In this document: positions 35,801-49,000 of the stretch, in pieces
How the letters are laid out: every line of letters starts with the position of its first letter
How positions within the stretch are numbered: the stretch's first letter is position 1
NCBI GenBank assembly: GCA_004022145.1
Contig: RCNU01000003.1
DNA length: 64,000 bases
From: Paecilomyces variotii
Taxonomy: Eukaryota
Reading direction: 5' to 3' (one strand)
Translations under genes and position numbers: made by a program
Notes under the pieces: model-generated
The model's input: the letters and a program-made list of their open reading frames with translations, nothing else
Database searches by the model: none
What the model was told of the DNA's origin: nothing

Positions 35801-37354
35801 GTATCACTCTGGCTTTCCGCCCTAAAGCAGTTCGAACCTTGGAAACGGTCCGTGATATGTACAGTATCAATTGCGCCCGTGGAGAAAATTGCGGTACCAT
35901 AATAACGCAATCTCCGGTGGCTTGAGAGATCATGCTATGTACAGTACAAGAATATACCATGATCGAGTGAGTAGGTTTAGGGTGTACTTTGTAGTATCGT
36001 ATCTGTGTTCCAGAGTAATAATAATACTACCTACCTACTCACTTACTATTACTACATGCATACTCGACTCATTATGAATGCAGCGTTGTATGACATCGTT
36101 CAGACAGGTGGTGAGATATAATAATAGCCCATCGATACAGTAATCACGCAGAGGCGAAAGTGCAATAATAAGAAAAGACAAGCAACATAATAACAATCGA
36201 CACGCGGCCCGTGGGGCTCGACAGCGGCGCTAGACAAGGGAGAAGATCCGGTGGAGCGAAAGTGGCCGGAGAAGATGTAGAAGAGGTAAACTTACAGTAC
36301 AACCATGGAAAGGGGCGATACTCAAAATGCCCCCGGAGGTGCATCCGCTTTCGTTCCTGGTGGTGGTTCAACCGTAAGAGTTATAGCTAGCTGATACTGA
36401 TAATGATAATGATAATAATGATTGATCAGGATAAGGATTATGATTATTGATTTGGATGATGGTCATGATGCATGCATGCCCTGTCATTCCCTCGTTCCGA
36501 TTCCCTCCATCCCCTCCCCTCTCCCCGAGTCGGTCATAATAATCCTGGAATGAGATGAAATCGACGATGGCGAGCGCAACGATCAGCAACCGCCAAGAAG
36601 CGCGACGACCCATGTTTTGGCCAACATCCTGCCGTGGTGGAGCAGACGACGCGACATCGCCGGGCTGATCATGGCGGCATTCTTCGTGCTGCTTGTCTGC
36701 GAACAGCCTATCCTGACTCTGGATCCCGGTACCTTTTGGCTGTAATCGATAACTACCGCCCGCATCCACCTCTCTCCTTTTTCTCTGCTTTGCTTTGCTT
36801 TGCTGCTCCCTCTTTTCTTCTTATCTCCTCTCCTCTGTCTACTCCTCTGCCAGAGTAGTCCAAGCCCCAGGGCACAGGAGAGCCTCCGTCGAAGCTAATC
36901 TCGCTATCCAGCTTGGCTCTTCCCCGTCACCGTCGAACCGCCAACCCGCGTGTCGGAAATCAAGCCTTCATCGTCCCGCCTCCAATCTGTGAAGCACGTT
37001 CCCCCTAAACCCTCGAGTCGACTTTCTTCCCCCTCATATCCATCGATCTGTTCTTCTTTTTTTCTTTTCTTCTTCTTTTCTTCCGGTCTTCTCTCTCCTG
37101 CCACAGTGTCGCCGGTCCCGACGCCTGCAGCCGTTCGTTCGCTCTCAGGCAGTGTTGCCGTTGTGTGTTTTGCATCTTAGCCAACGGTCACGTTCTTTTG
37201 CTGTTGGACTGGCTTCTGCCGCTACGTTTCGATCAGGTGTCAACTTCATCACCTTTTCCTCGAATCCGTCGGTTCGCAGAATCACAACAGGACCACGACC
37301 ACGACCACGACCCGTGGAAAGAATCGAACTAGATTTACTCTCACTCTTTTTCTT

Positions 37355-38980
37355 ATGATCCAGAAATCAATCTACCCTAATATCCCCGTCAGGATGCCGC
37401 TCGTCAGGCTAAAGACGCTGTTCCCGCTCGTCGCCCTCTTCTCCATCGCATTTTTCTTCTGGTGCGTCGATCGATATGACCGCGCTGCGTTGATGCGCTT
37501 CAAACGTCCGATCGACCACATGTCGAATCAGGCCCCCGTGCCCGGACAAGCCCAAGCCCCCAGCCATCCTCAGATTCAGGTCCAGCCGCAGACGCTGTCC
37601 TCTGGCTGCGAGGTCGACCCCGCCTCCGCTCCTCCGCTGCCATTCAACGAGTGGCTGGTTGCGAAGAACTACACCCGTGCCTACTTCCGTCCGCACCATG
37701 TGAGCCCCAAGACGGAATTCGGGTCGTTGGAGGATGTCAACACTCCCGTGCTGGCCCCGTTTGTCGAGATGGACCGTGGAACCCGTCTGCCGCCTCAGTA
37801 CAACACCATGCCCTGTCCCCCGATTATCGATGTGGATGTGGCCGCGGACTACGATGTAGAGGAGACATCCAAGCTGCTGTTTGGTCTGGCCACCACAGTT
37901 GACCGTCTGGAGCGTCTCCTGCCGTCCCTACTCTACTCGTTCGGCGACAGCAAGGCGGGCATTATCGTTCTGGTCCCCCCGACGGATGACGACCTCTCTC
38001 AGCAGGAGATGTACTTCCGCAGCCGCGGTCTTGATGTGACTATCCAATCATCCCCTCTGGAATTTACGGCCCGTTACTTCGGTCTCGTGGAAGCCTTTGA
38101 CGAGCACATCCGCACTGTGCGTCCCAACACCACCTGGGTCAGCTTTATCGATGATGACACTTTCTTCCTTTCCCTCCCCAGCATTGCGGAGCAGCTGAAG
38201 CTGTTTGACGCTACGAAGAAGCACTACATTGGATCGCTCTCAGAGGCTAGCTGGCAGGTGGACACTTTCGGCCACATTGCCTTTGGCGGTGCTGGTGTCT
38301 TCGTTTCTGTGCCGCTCTTGGAGGTTCTGACGACCGTCTACGATGAGTGTCAATCCTGGGGTGAGCAGCCCGGTGACCAGAAGCTGGGTCAGTGTATCGA
38401 GCGTTTCGGAAACACTCCTCTTACGATCTGGCCTTCTCTGTACCAGATGGATATGCAGGGTGAGGTTGATGGAGTATACGAATCTGGTCGCCGGATCGAT
38501 TCCCTCCACCACTGGAACAGTTGGTACACGAAGGATGTGGTCAAGATGAGCACCGTGGCTGCCGCTGCGGGACGTAAGTCCGTTCTGCGCCGCTGGGTCT
38601 TCGACCAGGAGGAATTCATCAACAACGCCACCGGACAGTCGATCCGCACCTTCTGGGTGCTCACCAACGGCTACTCCATTGTGAAATATACCTATCTGGA
38701 GGGTACGCCCGACGATGTGATCAACTTCGACCACACTGAGAAGACTTGGGAGGAAGACCCGAGGGGTTACGAGGATTCTCTGGGACCCCTGCGCCCCAAG
38801 GATCAGGAAGGTGTGATTAAAGAGCGATATCTGCTGAAGGACGCCGTTGTCGTTGGTGACAACGTGCATCAGTTCTACACCCGCGAAGAGCCTGATTCTC
38901 ACCGTGTGATCGAGATCGTCTGGCTTGGCCCTCGCAATGGTGGTGGTGCTGGCGTCGGCGGAGGTCAGACCAAGTACTAA
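37355..38980 (+). CDS. gfsA: Glycosyltransferase family 31, beta-galactofuranosyltransferase GfsA-like
   Basis: Type II TM anchor, LLFGLATT, RYFGLV, WVSFIDDDTFF (DxD), AFGGAGVFVS, GDQKLGQCI, SLHHWNSW. Position next to mcmA and near sppA/dnfA matches the A. nidulans gfsA neighbourhood as I recall it. Confidence 0.85.
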   Translation: MIQKSIYPNIPVRMPLVRLKTLFPLVALFSIAFFFWCVDRYDRAALMRFKRPIDHMSNQAPVPGQAQAPSHPQIQVQPQTLSSGCEVDPASAPPLPFNEWLVAKNYTRAYFRPHHVSPKTEFGSLEDVNTPVLAPFVEMDRGTRLPPQYNTMPCPPIIDVDVAADYDVEETSKLLFGLATTVDRLERLLPSLLYSFGDSKAGIIVLVPPTDDDLSQQEMYFRSRGLDVTIQSSPLEFTARYFGLVEAFDEHIRTVRPNTTWVSFIDDDTFFLSLPSIAEQLKLFDATKKHYIGSLSEASWQVDTFGHIAFGGAGVFVSVPLLEVLTTVYDECQSWGEQPGDQKLGQCIERFGNTPLTIWPSLYQMDMQGEVDGVYESGRRIDSLHHWNSWYTKDVVKMSTVAAAAGRKSVLRRWVFDQEEFINNATGQSIRTFWVLTNGYSIVKYTYLEGTPDDVINFDHTEKTWEEDPRGYEDSLGPLRPKDQEGVIKERYLLKDAVVVGDNVHQFYTREEPDSHRVIEIVWLGPRNGGGAGVGGGQTKY

Positions 38981-41900
38981 TATAATCATTACCAAGGCGG
39001 GTCCTCTGTTCTGTCTTAATGAGCTCTTCTTCTTGCACATCCTTCTTTGACCTTGGGGAGAGGGGGACATGGGAAGTTCTACTCCCGCGTTGTCACCTCT
39101 TATTTTTTCTCCTTGTTTTTTCTTTTATATTTGATCATATCTGGCGTTTAATTGGAGAAATGACGTACGGCGCATCAAAGATCGGGCAAATGGTGGTTTT
39201 TCTAGCGAAGAGCATATCTCCTTCGAGTATTACTCAAATGCCTTACATCTTCTTCCTGCCGACCTGGCTACCTTTACTGCGTCTCACCCATGGCCTTAAA
39301 ACATGTTGGATCATGTGGCAGATGCGGCAGTGAGGGTTGCCCAGCCGGTATTCCCTCGCGAGCCTTTTGTCATTTCCTTCTCATTTTCTTTTCCGTTCCA
39401 CACTCGCGCCCTTTTTCTACAACCATTTACTTCGTTCTTGACCGATCATGGACGAGATGCGAACGAAGAACAATCACATTTGTATAAATAGACCTAAGAC
39501 CATTCCAGTTCCGGTGGTCCTCTGATGCTAGTTAGCAGACATGCTATCTGGCGTGTCCTCAATTCATGCTAGAAAAATGGGACTAGTTATGATTATTTGG
39601 CTGAGCTTAGCAGGATAGCACTCTGTAAATTTGGCTTTCATTAATTATAATTCGAAAAGTAATCTATAGAGTACAATACTACTCATCTCGACAAATCGTT
39701 ATACCGAATGTAGAAAGTCTCTTGAGTATTAAAAAAGTAGAACCGGTAGGAGGTGAAGACAAAAGGAGTTCTTCATCTTTCCTTTGTTTTTCCTGTCCTT
39801 CATTTCTCTCGAGAGCGTTGGACGGAGCCAGAAAGTGACATACTTAGATCTTTGAGCGAACCCAGAGTGAAAAAAAGAAAAGAATACTCGACTCAATGTA
39901 GGATATAACTAGAGCTTACCATCTCTCCCCTTGCGTTTCTGATATGCAAACAGGGAAAATATAGAAGACCTGCAGTCATTCTAGTCCAGCTCATCCTTTG
40001 ATGCTAGTTATCTATCTAGCGGACAGGCTAACTAACCCGGCATAATCGAATTTATGCTAGAAACATGCATAGGTAGCTATAATTGATCATTGCACAGTTG
40101 TAGGATAGTGTTAAATTGTTTCTATAACTTTAGCGTAGACTGAGTCTTCTATGACGACGACAGAAGTAAACTACTCAAATTTTCTTGCGGTATAAGAAGG
40201 ATAGGGTATCTTTTCTAGGATTCGTGTTCTCGTTGAAAATCTGAACCTGAATCTGCGCTGAGCAACTAGGGTGTGTTGCATTGCAGTTCCTCGTCACTAA
40301 GTATCGCACGACGCTTCATTAACAAATTCTGCGTCTTCTATTTTATCATCCTAACGGGATTTCCATCTTATACCCCCCCTTTTCCTTTTAAATATGCATT
40401 CAACGGAAAATATAGACTCCCGAATCGAAACCGTCCGCAATGATGCTTCTCGATTAGATTCGATACTTTCAGAGCGCGACACTCCTAATTTTCAAATTGA
40501 TGAGCTCCGTCAACTGGGGAATCTATCTGGTGAAAGTTGGACTTAAACTAGAGAAGACGTCCTGGAATTTAGTTAAACCATGCTTTTTTTCTTGCCTCGA
40601 TTTCCAAAACAAAAACTTTACTTTCTGACTATTATCCCATCCGCGAAAATGATGATGTAAATAAGGACTGGGCGGGCTTAAATTATGAAGAGTTTGATTT
40701 TTCAATATTACTTCGACCACTTTATTGTTCAGCCTGAGCCCGGGCGAAAACTTCGAAGACCTGGATTTCGAAGAGCAGGCATTCGGGATGGAGAGGTATA
40801 TCTGTCTACAAATGTATGCGATACGTGATGGTCTTGATAATGGATTGAGATTTCGGCACGTTGCGCCTATTAATCGAACGTATGTATATATTTGTTTAAG
40901 CTTCTATTTTATCTAATAAACTGTTTTTGACTGGCTAACCTTTTTTTTTTAAAAAAAAAGAAAAGGTACGACCTATTCGACTTAATCAACATTCGAGCAA
41001 GAGAATCGTCCTGGAGAGTCTATGAAAACAATGTTTCCTGTACTGTGTCTCATGGTATTCTTACTCTTATACATTGTTCCGGCAGCATATGAACATGTCT
41101 CTCTAGAGGCGAGGTCCTTTGTATTCTGAATATACTCAAAGATCATTTTGATTTACATTTGTATCCATCCTACGATACTGAACCAGTAAGTTAGTTAGTT
41201 ACTTAGTGACTTGGCTTAACTAGCGCGATTTATGCTGACTAGGTAGGTAGTCCAGTATCTCCTTATATCCTATTTTGGAGAAAAGAAAGGAAAGATTATT
41301 CAAGCTCATCATGACGGACAGAAATTGGTACTGCAGTACTCACCCCTGGTGGATTTCTGTGAGAAAAATCAGGCAGTGGTATCTCTCTTCCTTCGTTATA
41401 TAACTAGCTATCCTATTGGATCATCCGCGGGCACTTTATGCATGAGGTGAAGACTGGCCCGGGGTGTGTTATGTATACTATTGGTGGGATCAGATGATGT
41501 TGGTCTTCTTGATACGCAAGGCTCTGCTCAGAACTCAAAGAGTTAGTTATAAACTGGGCAAGCAAGAGGCCTGGTGCGCACCTCCGGAGCAGACGTGTAG
41601 AGCAGGGAAAGCGGATAAGAAAGACTTTAGTGTTCTGCTACATGACTGTCTACCTCCAATGTTCCTTCCAGATACTTGTAACTGGAGAAGTCATGGAGCA
41701 ATTTGAGAAGATCGCTGATAAGGTTGACGAGTGAGTGATCCAGACTTCAGACTCCATGCTTAAGAGGCGTGTAACCTTACCCAAAAGGGAGGGGTATTAC
41801 AACCGGAGACCCTTTTCCCTAGCAAGAAGAACGCGCCTCATCGCGGTATTAATGTCTAATAGCCAGGTAGAGCCCTATACGGACAGGTGAAGTGGTCAAC

Positions 41901-44087
41901 GCCACATGATACTAAGTATTAGAGACTTGGGGGTCCTTGAGAGATGGTATAGTTATTAACTATCAAACGGATTATTCATTGAGACTTAGCAGTTCCTATC
42001 ATTCTTCACAGTACTGATAATGCCTAATTATTAGACAGTCACAAATGCCTGGTCCAACAATTCTCCTTCACATCCAACAGATCGTGAATACCAGACAATT
42101 ACAGTGCCCGGAAACCTCTATCGAATTCACTATTGGTGAAGAACTCCCGTCTACTTATACTGCGATTATCCCATCGAGGACCATCGACTGTATATAATTT
42201 GCATTTGCATAACAGATTCACTACAACAAGTAGTAAGACTTCGATTATCTACTCGGCGCGGGTGCCTCAGCGCCATTTCAAGTATATTGCCTATCTACTG
42301 TACATCGTCAAGTCCTTTAGACTGCACAAGTAACGGCATAGATTCGTCAGGATAATGGCCTCTACGTCCCGGTACTTGACTACCACTTCCCTTGAACATC
42401 TTCCACCTTGAACCAAGACACGCATCTTTCCCTCCCTTCTGTCTCTTAAACCGACCAGACGAACCATGAAGAAATGCTGGAAAAAACAAACTGAACGGCC
42501 AGTCTGTTATAATGTTTGATACTTAAGCAAATGACACTTAAGTTATCTTTTATTATACTGGATATTTGAGATAACATCCTCTGCCGGTTAATCCCTTCCA
42601 TATGATATACTTTCTCTCTTAACGACACCAAAAAATGATCACTACAATGTAAGCTGTACATCTGCTTTTGCTACTATTCATGGTTTTCATCTAGTACTAA
42701 GCGTTAATCATGATAGTTATAGGCAGAAGAGATCTACGTCTGCTCCGCCCGAAGCGCCGCCCCGCGCTGCTCCCCCAGACGCGCCTGCTGCGCCAAGAAG
42801 AAGTATGTTAACAACGAAATTATATCCGAGAGAAAAGAATATAACAGGAATTTAGAGCGGGGATGTTGCTCCCACTGCGGGAACCTCTCCCACAGTTGGC
42901 TGTGCTGGCCCCTGTGCCAGCCGTGCAATCGCCGTCCTCTGCCTCCACCCCGGCCTCTGTCTCTGCCCCCGGACCTGTCGTCAATTATATTTGCATCGGG
43001 TCTTTTCTCATACCCACTAGGGGCAACCAGTATATCAATATGAATTTATTTTAATTAAAGTACTTTTGCAGAAAGCTTAGAATATCAGTTCTAACTATCA
43101 TCACAACCCAAAACGGACTTCTTACCCTTCTCCTTACGCTTTCGCAATCCTACTCCTGACGAATCTACTATCTCTCATTCGCTAACCATCTGAGTTTCTC
43201 ATTATAAATGTCATTATGCCAATTAACTGCCCAGTCATCAATCTTCTGAACACAAGACGACGTTCTGCACTTTGTTTCTGGCAAATCCCGCGTGTCTACG
43301 TTCGATGCGACGCGATTCTTTCACCAATGGAGCGTCCATCCCGACGACCGACAGTATCTGTCCGTCATAACCCATGGGGGTCAAGAGACATTCCAGGTAG
43401 GTAGTAGTTATGGGTTTCAAAGACATTACGCTGATGTCAAGATGGTTGGTTGTGTTTCGACTTTTTAGAAAGGTGATGAGGCTTTTGGAAGAGGAAAGTG
43501 GATAGAAGGCGTCTATGAGACTTTGCTGTGTCTTTGACTTAGGAAGCTACATCGACAGAGATAATAAATTGTTTGAGTTTGATTTTGAGCTTGCTAGAGA
43601 ACCCAGGCTTCAGGCTGTCAAGATAGAATGAAATAGAGATCACAAACATGGTCAGATAAGTTTTGGGAGTCATTCCTTTACATGTTTCTTATTGATTAGA
43701 TGACTGGACCGGACCTCTATCAACTACCCGCCTGATAGATCGTTCGAGATCGATGATATCCCCCACCACACAATACGATACGCAACACAGATGCGCATGC
43801 AGCTATGCAAGGGAATGAAACAAACTCGACTCATTATTACGCTAGAAGATAGACAGAGGATATGCATCGTCGCACATAGACTCCAGTTCTTGAGCAGCCG
43901 AGTCAGCTTTGTACAGGTTGTGGGCGAACGAAACGAAGAAAACGAAGCTGTCAACTGCGGGGGAAAAAAAGTATATAACTGGATGAGCATCGCTGACATG
44001 ATTTCATCAATAGCGTGCGAACAGGTGTAGTATCTTGCTACTTCATCGCGGTAGATTCCTCATAAGCGCATGGCATGCATGCAGACT

Positions 44088-44975
44088 TTAAATACCCTCG
44101 AAGCCGTTCTTCGCATCGATGAGGCGGTAGCGCTCCTTCTCCTTGCGGTCCTTGACCACGACGGCGACACAGAGAAGGAGGATCATATCGATGGCTAGTG
44201 TGGTTGTCAGTTTGAGAATTCGTAAGCAAGAAAAAGATACAACGTCACGTACCGACAATGCCGAAATCGGCAGTGAAGATGATGTCGAGGAAAGGGTTAG
44301 CGAACGCAGTGAACGCAGTAGCGCAGCCTCCCAATTGAGCGGCGACAAGAGGCGTAGTGCACACGCTGTCCTGAATGAAAGGTGGAGAGGTGCTGTTGGT
44401 ATAACCGCAGCAGTCGAACTATATCAGATGTCAGCCAAGCTCCGTAGAATGCAAGCCTATTTGAATAGTAAGCTGCCGTTACATACCTTCTGTTGCAGCA
44501 GACTCTGCGTCTGCGCAGTCTGCTTGCCCCAAAGAGTATCCAGGTTTGCTCGAGTCTGGAGTGTCTGAAACCACAAATCCAGGCCGAGAATCATGGTGAA
44601 GATGGCACAAAACCAGACAAAGTAACCGTGGCACTTGAGCCAAAATCGGTTTCCGGGCAACATGATTCCCAGCAGAGACATCACGAAAGTGATGAAGACG
44701 AAGATCGCATTGACGATGGCACCTGTTGAGTCTCAGCAAAAGCCTGGACCTAGTTTTACTTCCCCATGCTTCTCTTTCGAATGCATTTTGATGTCTTTTG
44801 GTGACCCACCTTTGATCGGAAACATCTGCAACAGCAAGACTTTGTCTACATTGTCGACAGTCAGTGTGCCTTTGAGCACCATCTCCATAACCAGACCTCC
44901 CACCAAAAGCAGGACACCACCAAGCAAAAAGGCCAGGTCGGCACCGAAGAACGTCAGAAGGACTCCGTTGGCCAT
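44088..44975 (-). CDS. PLS1: Tetraspanin Pls1 (4 exons)
   Basis: Spliced MANGVLLTFFGADLAFLLGG..FPIK|GAIVNAIFVFITF..WLKCHGY..QSLLQQK|FDCCGYTNSTSPPFIQDSVC..GC..FANPFLDIIFTADFGIV|AIDMILLLCVAVVVKDRKEKERYRLIDAKNG. Four TMs, CCG motif and the Pls1-type charged C-tail. Confidence 0.9.
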
Positions 44976-45945
44976 TATGTCAGAACTGTTCTTGTCTCGT
45001 TTTTTTGATTTTCTCAAGAAAAGAAAAACGTCGCGACGTATGCAAAGTCGATGAAATTCGTCGAAGCGATAAAGATAGAATTTAATAGACGACCGGCGTC
45101 ACTGATACTGCGGAAATAAAAAACGATTCGGTTTGAAGGACGAAGGAGAGTACGTTTTCGATTTAATCCAGGAGACTCGTATAAAGAATCGAATAGCTCC
45201 TGCTTTTTTTGTCTTTTCTTTTTCGTTTTCGTTTTTGAATTTTTCTTTTTTTGTTTATGGCGTCTGTGAAAAAGATCTTGACTAGCAAGATTTCAAAGAA
45301 GTGAAATAGAATAAAATGATAGCAATAATAGTTTAAATTAGAGAATGGAAAGAAACGAACCACGCAGATGCGAGAATCAACTCACACGGGATCGGATGGC
45401 GTAGAAGCAGACACGAATCGAAAAGCAAGAAAGGAAAAAGAAAGGGAACAGACAGCTGCAGACGAAGGATCACATAGCTTAATGCTCTGCAGATTGGTGG
45501 TTGCTTTCCACCTCGGCGCCAAAAGGGGCCTTGTCGTTGGTCGTCTCAAAAGTGATGCAGACTCGAACCGCTGGCGTTTCAGCCTCAGCCATCGTCACGG
45601 CGTCAAGTCGAGAACGCACTGTGTCAGTTATGGTTACGATCAAAGAAGAGCAAAAGATCTGTCATTCGACCCCATATTCTTTTTTTACGTGAGCTTTTAT
45701 TTCATCGAAAATTGAGAGATTCATTGATGGTAGCAATGATGGCGGTTTGAGAGTGTGCAGTTCGAGAAGAACCTGCGGGGACAAGAGAAAAAGCCGGTGC
45801 GGTGCGGCAGTTCAGGAGCGCCCACGAGTTAAAGAATAGATAAGCAACCTAGCAAAACATGTCTAGCGCATATCCAAGTTGCTGGTTATGCGCGAAACTA
45901 TCGAGAAACATGCTATGCTGTGTCGGGTCATTTCGACTGCGGCCG

Positions 45946-46068
45946 TTGTATCAAAGGTGATGTTGGATTGGCTGCGAGGACTCTAGTCTGACTGCCATTC
46001 GTTTCGATATCCGTAACTGCCGATGTCGTCTACAAATTTAACTGACTAGTGTTTGTATCAAAGGTGAT
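45946..46068. promoter_or_regulatory. Exact 16-bp direct repeat TTGTATCAAAGGTGAT (45946-45961, 46053-46068) containing the HMG-box-type core ATCAAAG
   Basis: The repeat is seen directly and a third ATCAAAG lies at 45639-45645. A regulatory role is inferred. Confidence 0.4.
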
Positions 46069-49000
46069 CTTACGCAGCTGGATCCAACTTCCTGCCCCTC
46101 GAATCGCGTCTTAACATCATCGTAACCCACTAGAGTACGACCGTGCTGGTCAAAGATGGGCCAGGAACCGTATTTGAAGGTTCCGTGCGCGAAACAGAAC
46201 ACGATCTCACTGATCTCACGAGACGTCTTCGGTCTCTTGTGCAGTAGTTAGCGCGATATCCATGGCTAAGCATCTGCAGTAGTAGTCTATTTTCTTTATG
46301 CATAGGGATTGGTGCCGAACTTGCCGATAACCTTGTTGGCAAGTTGATCACTGTCTGCTGCCATTCCTCTTCAAGAAAGGCAGAACGGGGATGTTTACCT
46401 AGTAAAAAGGCCTTGTTGATGCCAGAACCGTGATCAAGTCTGGATGGCCTTCGAACTAGGCGAGCTCAAAGCAAAACAGACGCTGCGTGCAAACTGCAGC
46501 ACTTGTATGTAAATACCAAATAGTTCGCCATTACTGTGTCGGGTACGCTCCTTGGTTAACTTAACTACTTCAGTGACAGCAGTTCAATCAACTATATAGG
46601 CGCTAAAAAACATTAACTATCGTGACTAGAAGTGCCAACGTTGGATCAGCACATCAGGGTCCAGGTCTGGAGCCTTCGCACTGCATCTCACGTGGAAGTG
46701 ATCACCATGGGAGGATCCCATTTTACCATTTCCAATTCAGCTAAGAACTATCTACAGTATATCTGATCTCGGATGAAGATAGAACACGCAGGTGTTGACA
46801 TTCCCTGCGGCTGTCCACTAGAGGCGGTCAGTCATAATCAGAGGACAACGGTATTATACTCTGTGGCTTGGGTTATTTGAGATAAATATAAATAAATAGT
46901 AGAAAGACGGGAGAGTAGGTAGTTTCCGACGGTAGATCGAAATAGAGCTGCTGGAATATTGAAACTAGATGAATTGCTACGAGCAAGTCATGTAATATAT
47001 TATTCCACGGCGCACGCGGATTATTTTTTCGGGAATCCAGTGCTGTGATGTTGCCACTTACCACTGTATCTTTATCTGCTCATGTTCTTGCTTTGTCTCG
47101 TACGACGGTGTCAGTAACTGCTGGCTAGGACGACTTGTAGATCGTCAGCCCGTACCGGACGGCACGAGCTTCAGTCGTTCTAAGACAGGGACCCCGGATT
47201 TCGAAGGTAGACTATTATTGTATGACTGGAATTCCCCAGACAGCCAAGTGGTGTTTGTGGCTGGATCGGCATGCCAGCTCGCTTGCCTTGACAGCGGGTT
47301 GGAGATACCAATGCGACAGAGCTCGGGAACAGATGCTACCACACACTAAGCACGCTCCTTACTTCGTCCAGTCCCTGCGAATCTGATGAGGTTAATAACA
47401 GTTAATATCCCTGGGTAAGTAACGGCGATATGCAATGAAGCATCTAATTTGATTTTTGGCTGTCTTTCTCGCGCGGACACCGCGTATTATTGCCAGTTGT
47501 CCAGCAGCGTAACCGTAGGACTGTCGGATTCTGCCATGGAACAAAACAAGGTTGCATAACTCGCATCATCTGCATCGCGACAGCGTGGTGCAATTAAGCT
47601 CTGGTCATCTATCCCGATCTGTGAGAAGCGTTCCCGGACGGAGTGGATCGTCTTTGCTGCTTCTGGCTGTCGCCCAGGTGGCCATCGACCATCATTGGGT
47701 CTGGGACCGATCAAAAGTCTTGATTGGGACATGGCAGCTTCGTTATCTACTCTCGAGCTGCGAGCATCTCCGGATGCGTTCAGTTCAAGCAGCCTTCCCA
47801 GCGAAGCTTCTCTGGAGAGATAGGAGAGCGATACATGGAACCCGGGGTGCGGCATCTCCATCATGGTGACGCTGGCACCACCGAGTCACCGACGGAAATC
47901 CTGCAAGAAACAATAATGATCTGGACCGGCTGGAGAGTCGCTGGACAGCATGCTGCAGGGTTCCAGGGGCGACCAAAGAATCGACTAGACGAAGAGACCG
48001 TCCAAATCATGGACGGCGTCGGGATAAACCTGGTCAGCCGGCTAGGAGAGAAATCATTTGAGGCAGCGTCAGCCGTCACCGCAGTTGCCGCTGGGTGGTC
48101 CTACTACTGTTGAGAGAGGATTCTTCGACGGTTTCTTTCTCCCTTGTTGTTCGTTTCCAGGCGAAACAGGGACGAGTCCTCCGTAGATAGTTACGGATCT
48201 CGTGACATAATACTTTACCAGATGACCCGGGCAATGCTGGGGATCGACTCTAGAACGAGAGACTGCCATGTTCACAACTTCTCTGCTATCCTACTACTGC
48301 TTGGGGGAGGGTTTGAGAGGCCGGCGAGTGGACCGGCTGGAGACAGGGCCGAATTCCCCCCCTGCGTGGACCGGTTGCTTGCCCCTACGCCGTCCGGAAT
48401 CTGGGAGGGAGCCAGTCGCGCGGTCTCCCCACCAGAGAGCAATGCTGCTTGTCACGCTGGCACAGACGGGGAAGAGAGGAAGGCAGAACAATAATGGGGA
48501 AGGACTCGAGACGGCAGAGGGAGAGAAAAGGAGAGAAAGAGAGAGAGAGAACGAGTCATCTATAGCCCAGGTACCGTGGAACGCGATGGAGCAGCAGAGA
48601 GGCAGCCGTTCTGATCTCAGAGCCATGATACCAATAATAATGGCTTTCCTTTCCTTTCCTTTCTGTCCGACTCTTTGTTCGGTGGAGCCATCGCCCCGCG
48701 GACGCTCAACTTTGTCGCAGAACCGAGTCGAGAGTTTTGCTGTCGCCTGCGATTACTCTACTTGCTTGACTGATGGATCTTGTTGTTATTATTATTGTTG
48801 TGATTGTTGTTATTGTTGTTGTTCTCCTTGATCCAGTGGTTCATGGGTCGACACGGCCACTAACTTGCTCCCTACCGCAGACTCAAGAGCTGCCCGTAGC
48901 TGATAGTGACTCCGTAGAGTGGTACGTACTACCAGAGTACCATAGAGCAGCTGCGAAGCGGTGGAGTTCCGCGAGTCGAACGATCTGCCCATCCGCGTCA

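Noticed and set aside
38240-39070. 276-aa antisense ORF over the GT31 gene (and similar shadow ORFs over RRP43, sppA, SGF11, mcmA)
   Set aside because: Explained by codon bias of the sense gene; no recognisable motifs.
41776-41790. CArG-like TTACCCAAAAGGGA as an Mcm1 site
   Set aside because: Single imperfect match far from any confident start codon.
42730-43000. GC-rich Pro/Ala/Ser-coding-like patch in an AT-rich spacer
   Set aside because: No coherent ORF or family motif; at most an unidentifiable fragment.
46444-46512. 22-aa ORF ending NCSTCM near the ATCAAAG motifs, considered as an a-factor-like pheromone (also the ORF at ~46156 ending LCSS)
   Set aside because: Neither has Cys at position -4, so neither has a CAAX box.
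48268-48831. 187-aa ORF with a Cys/Tyr-rich tail
   Set aside because: The tail derives from a (TTG/TTA)n microsatellite and the middle from a GA run in the mcmA upstream region.
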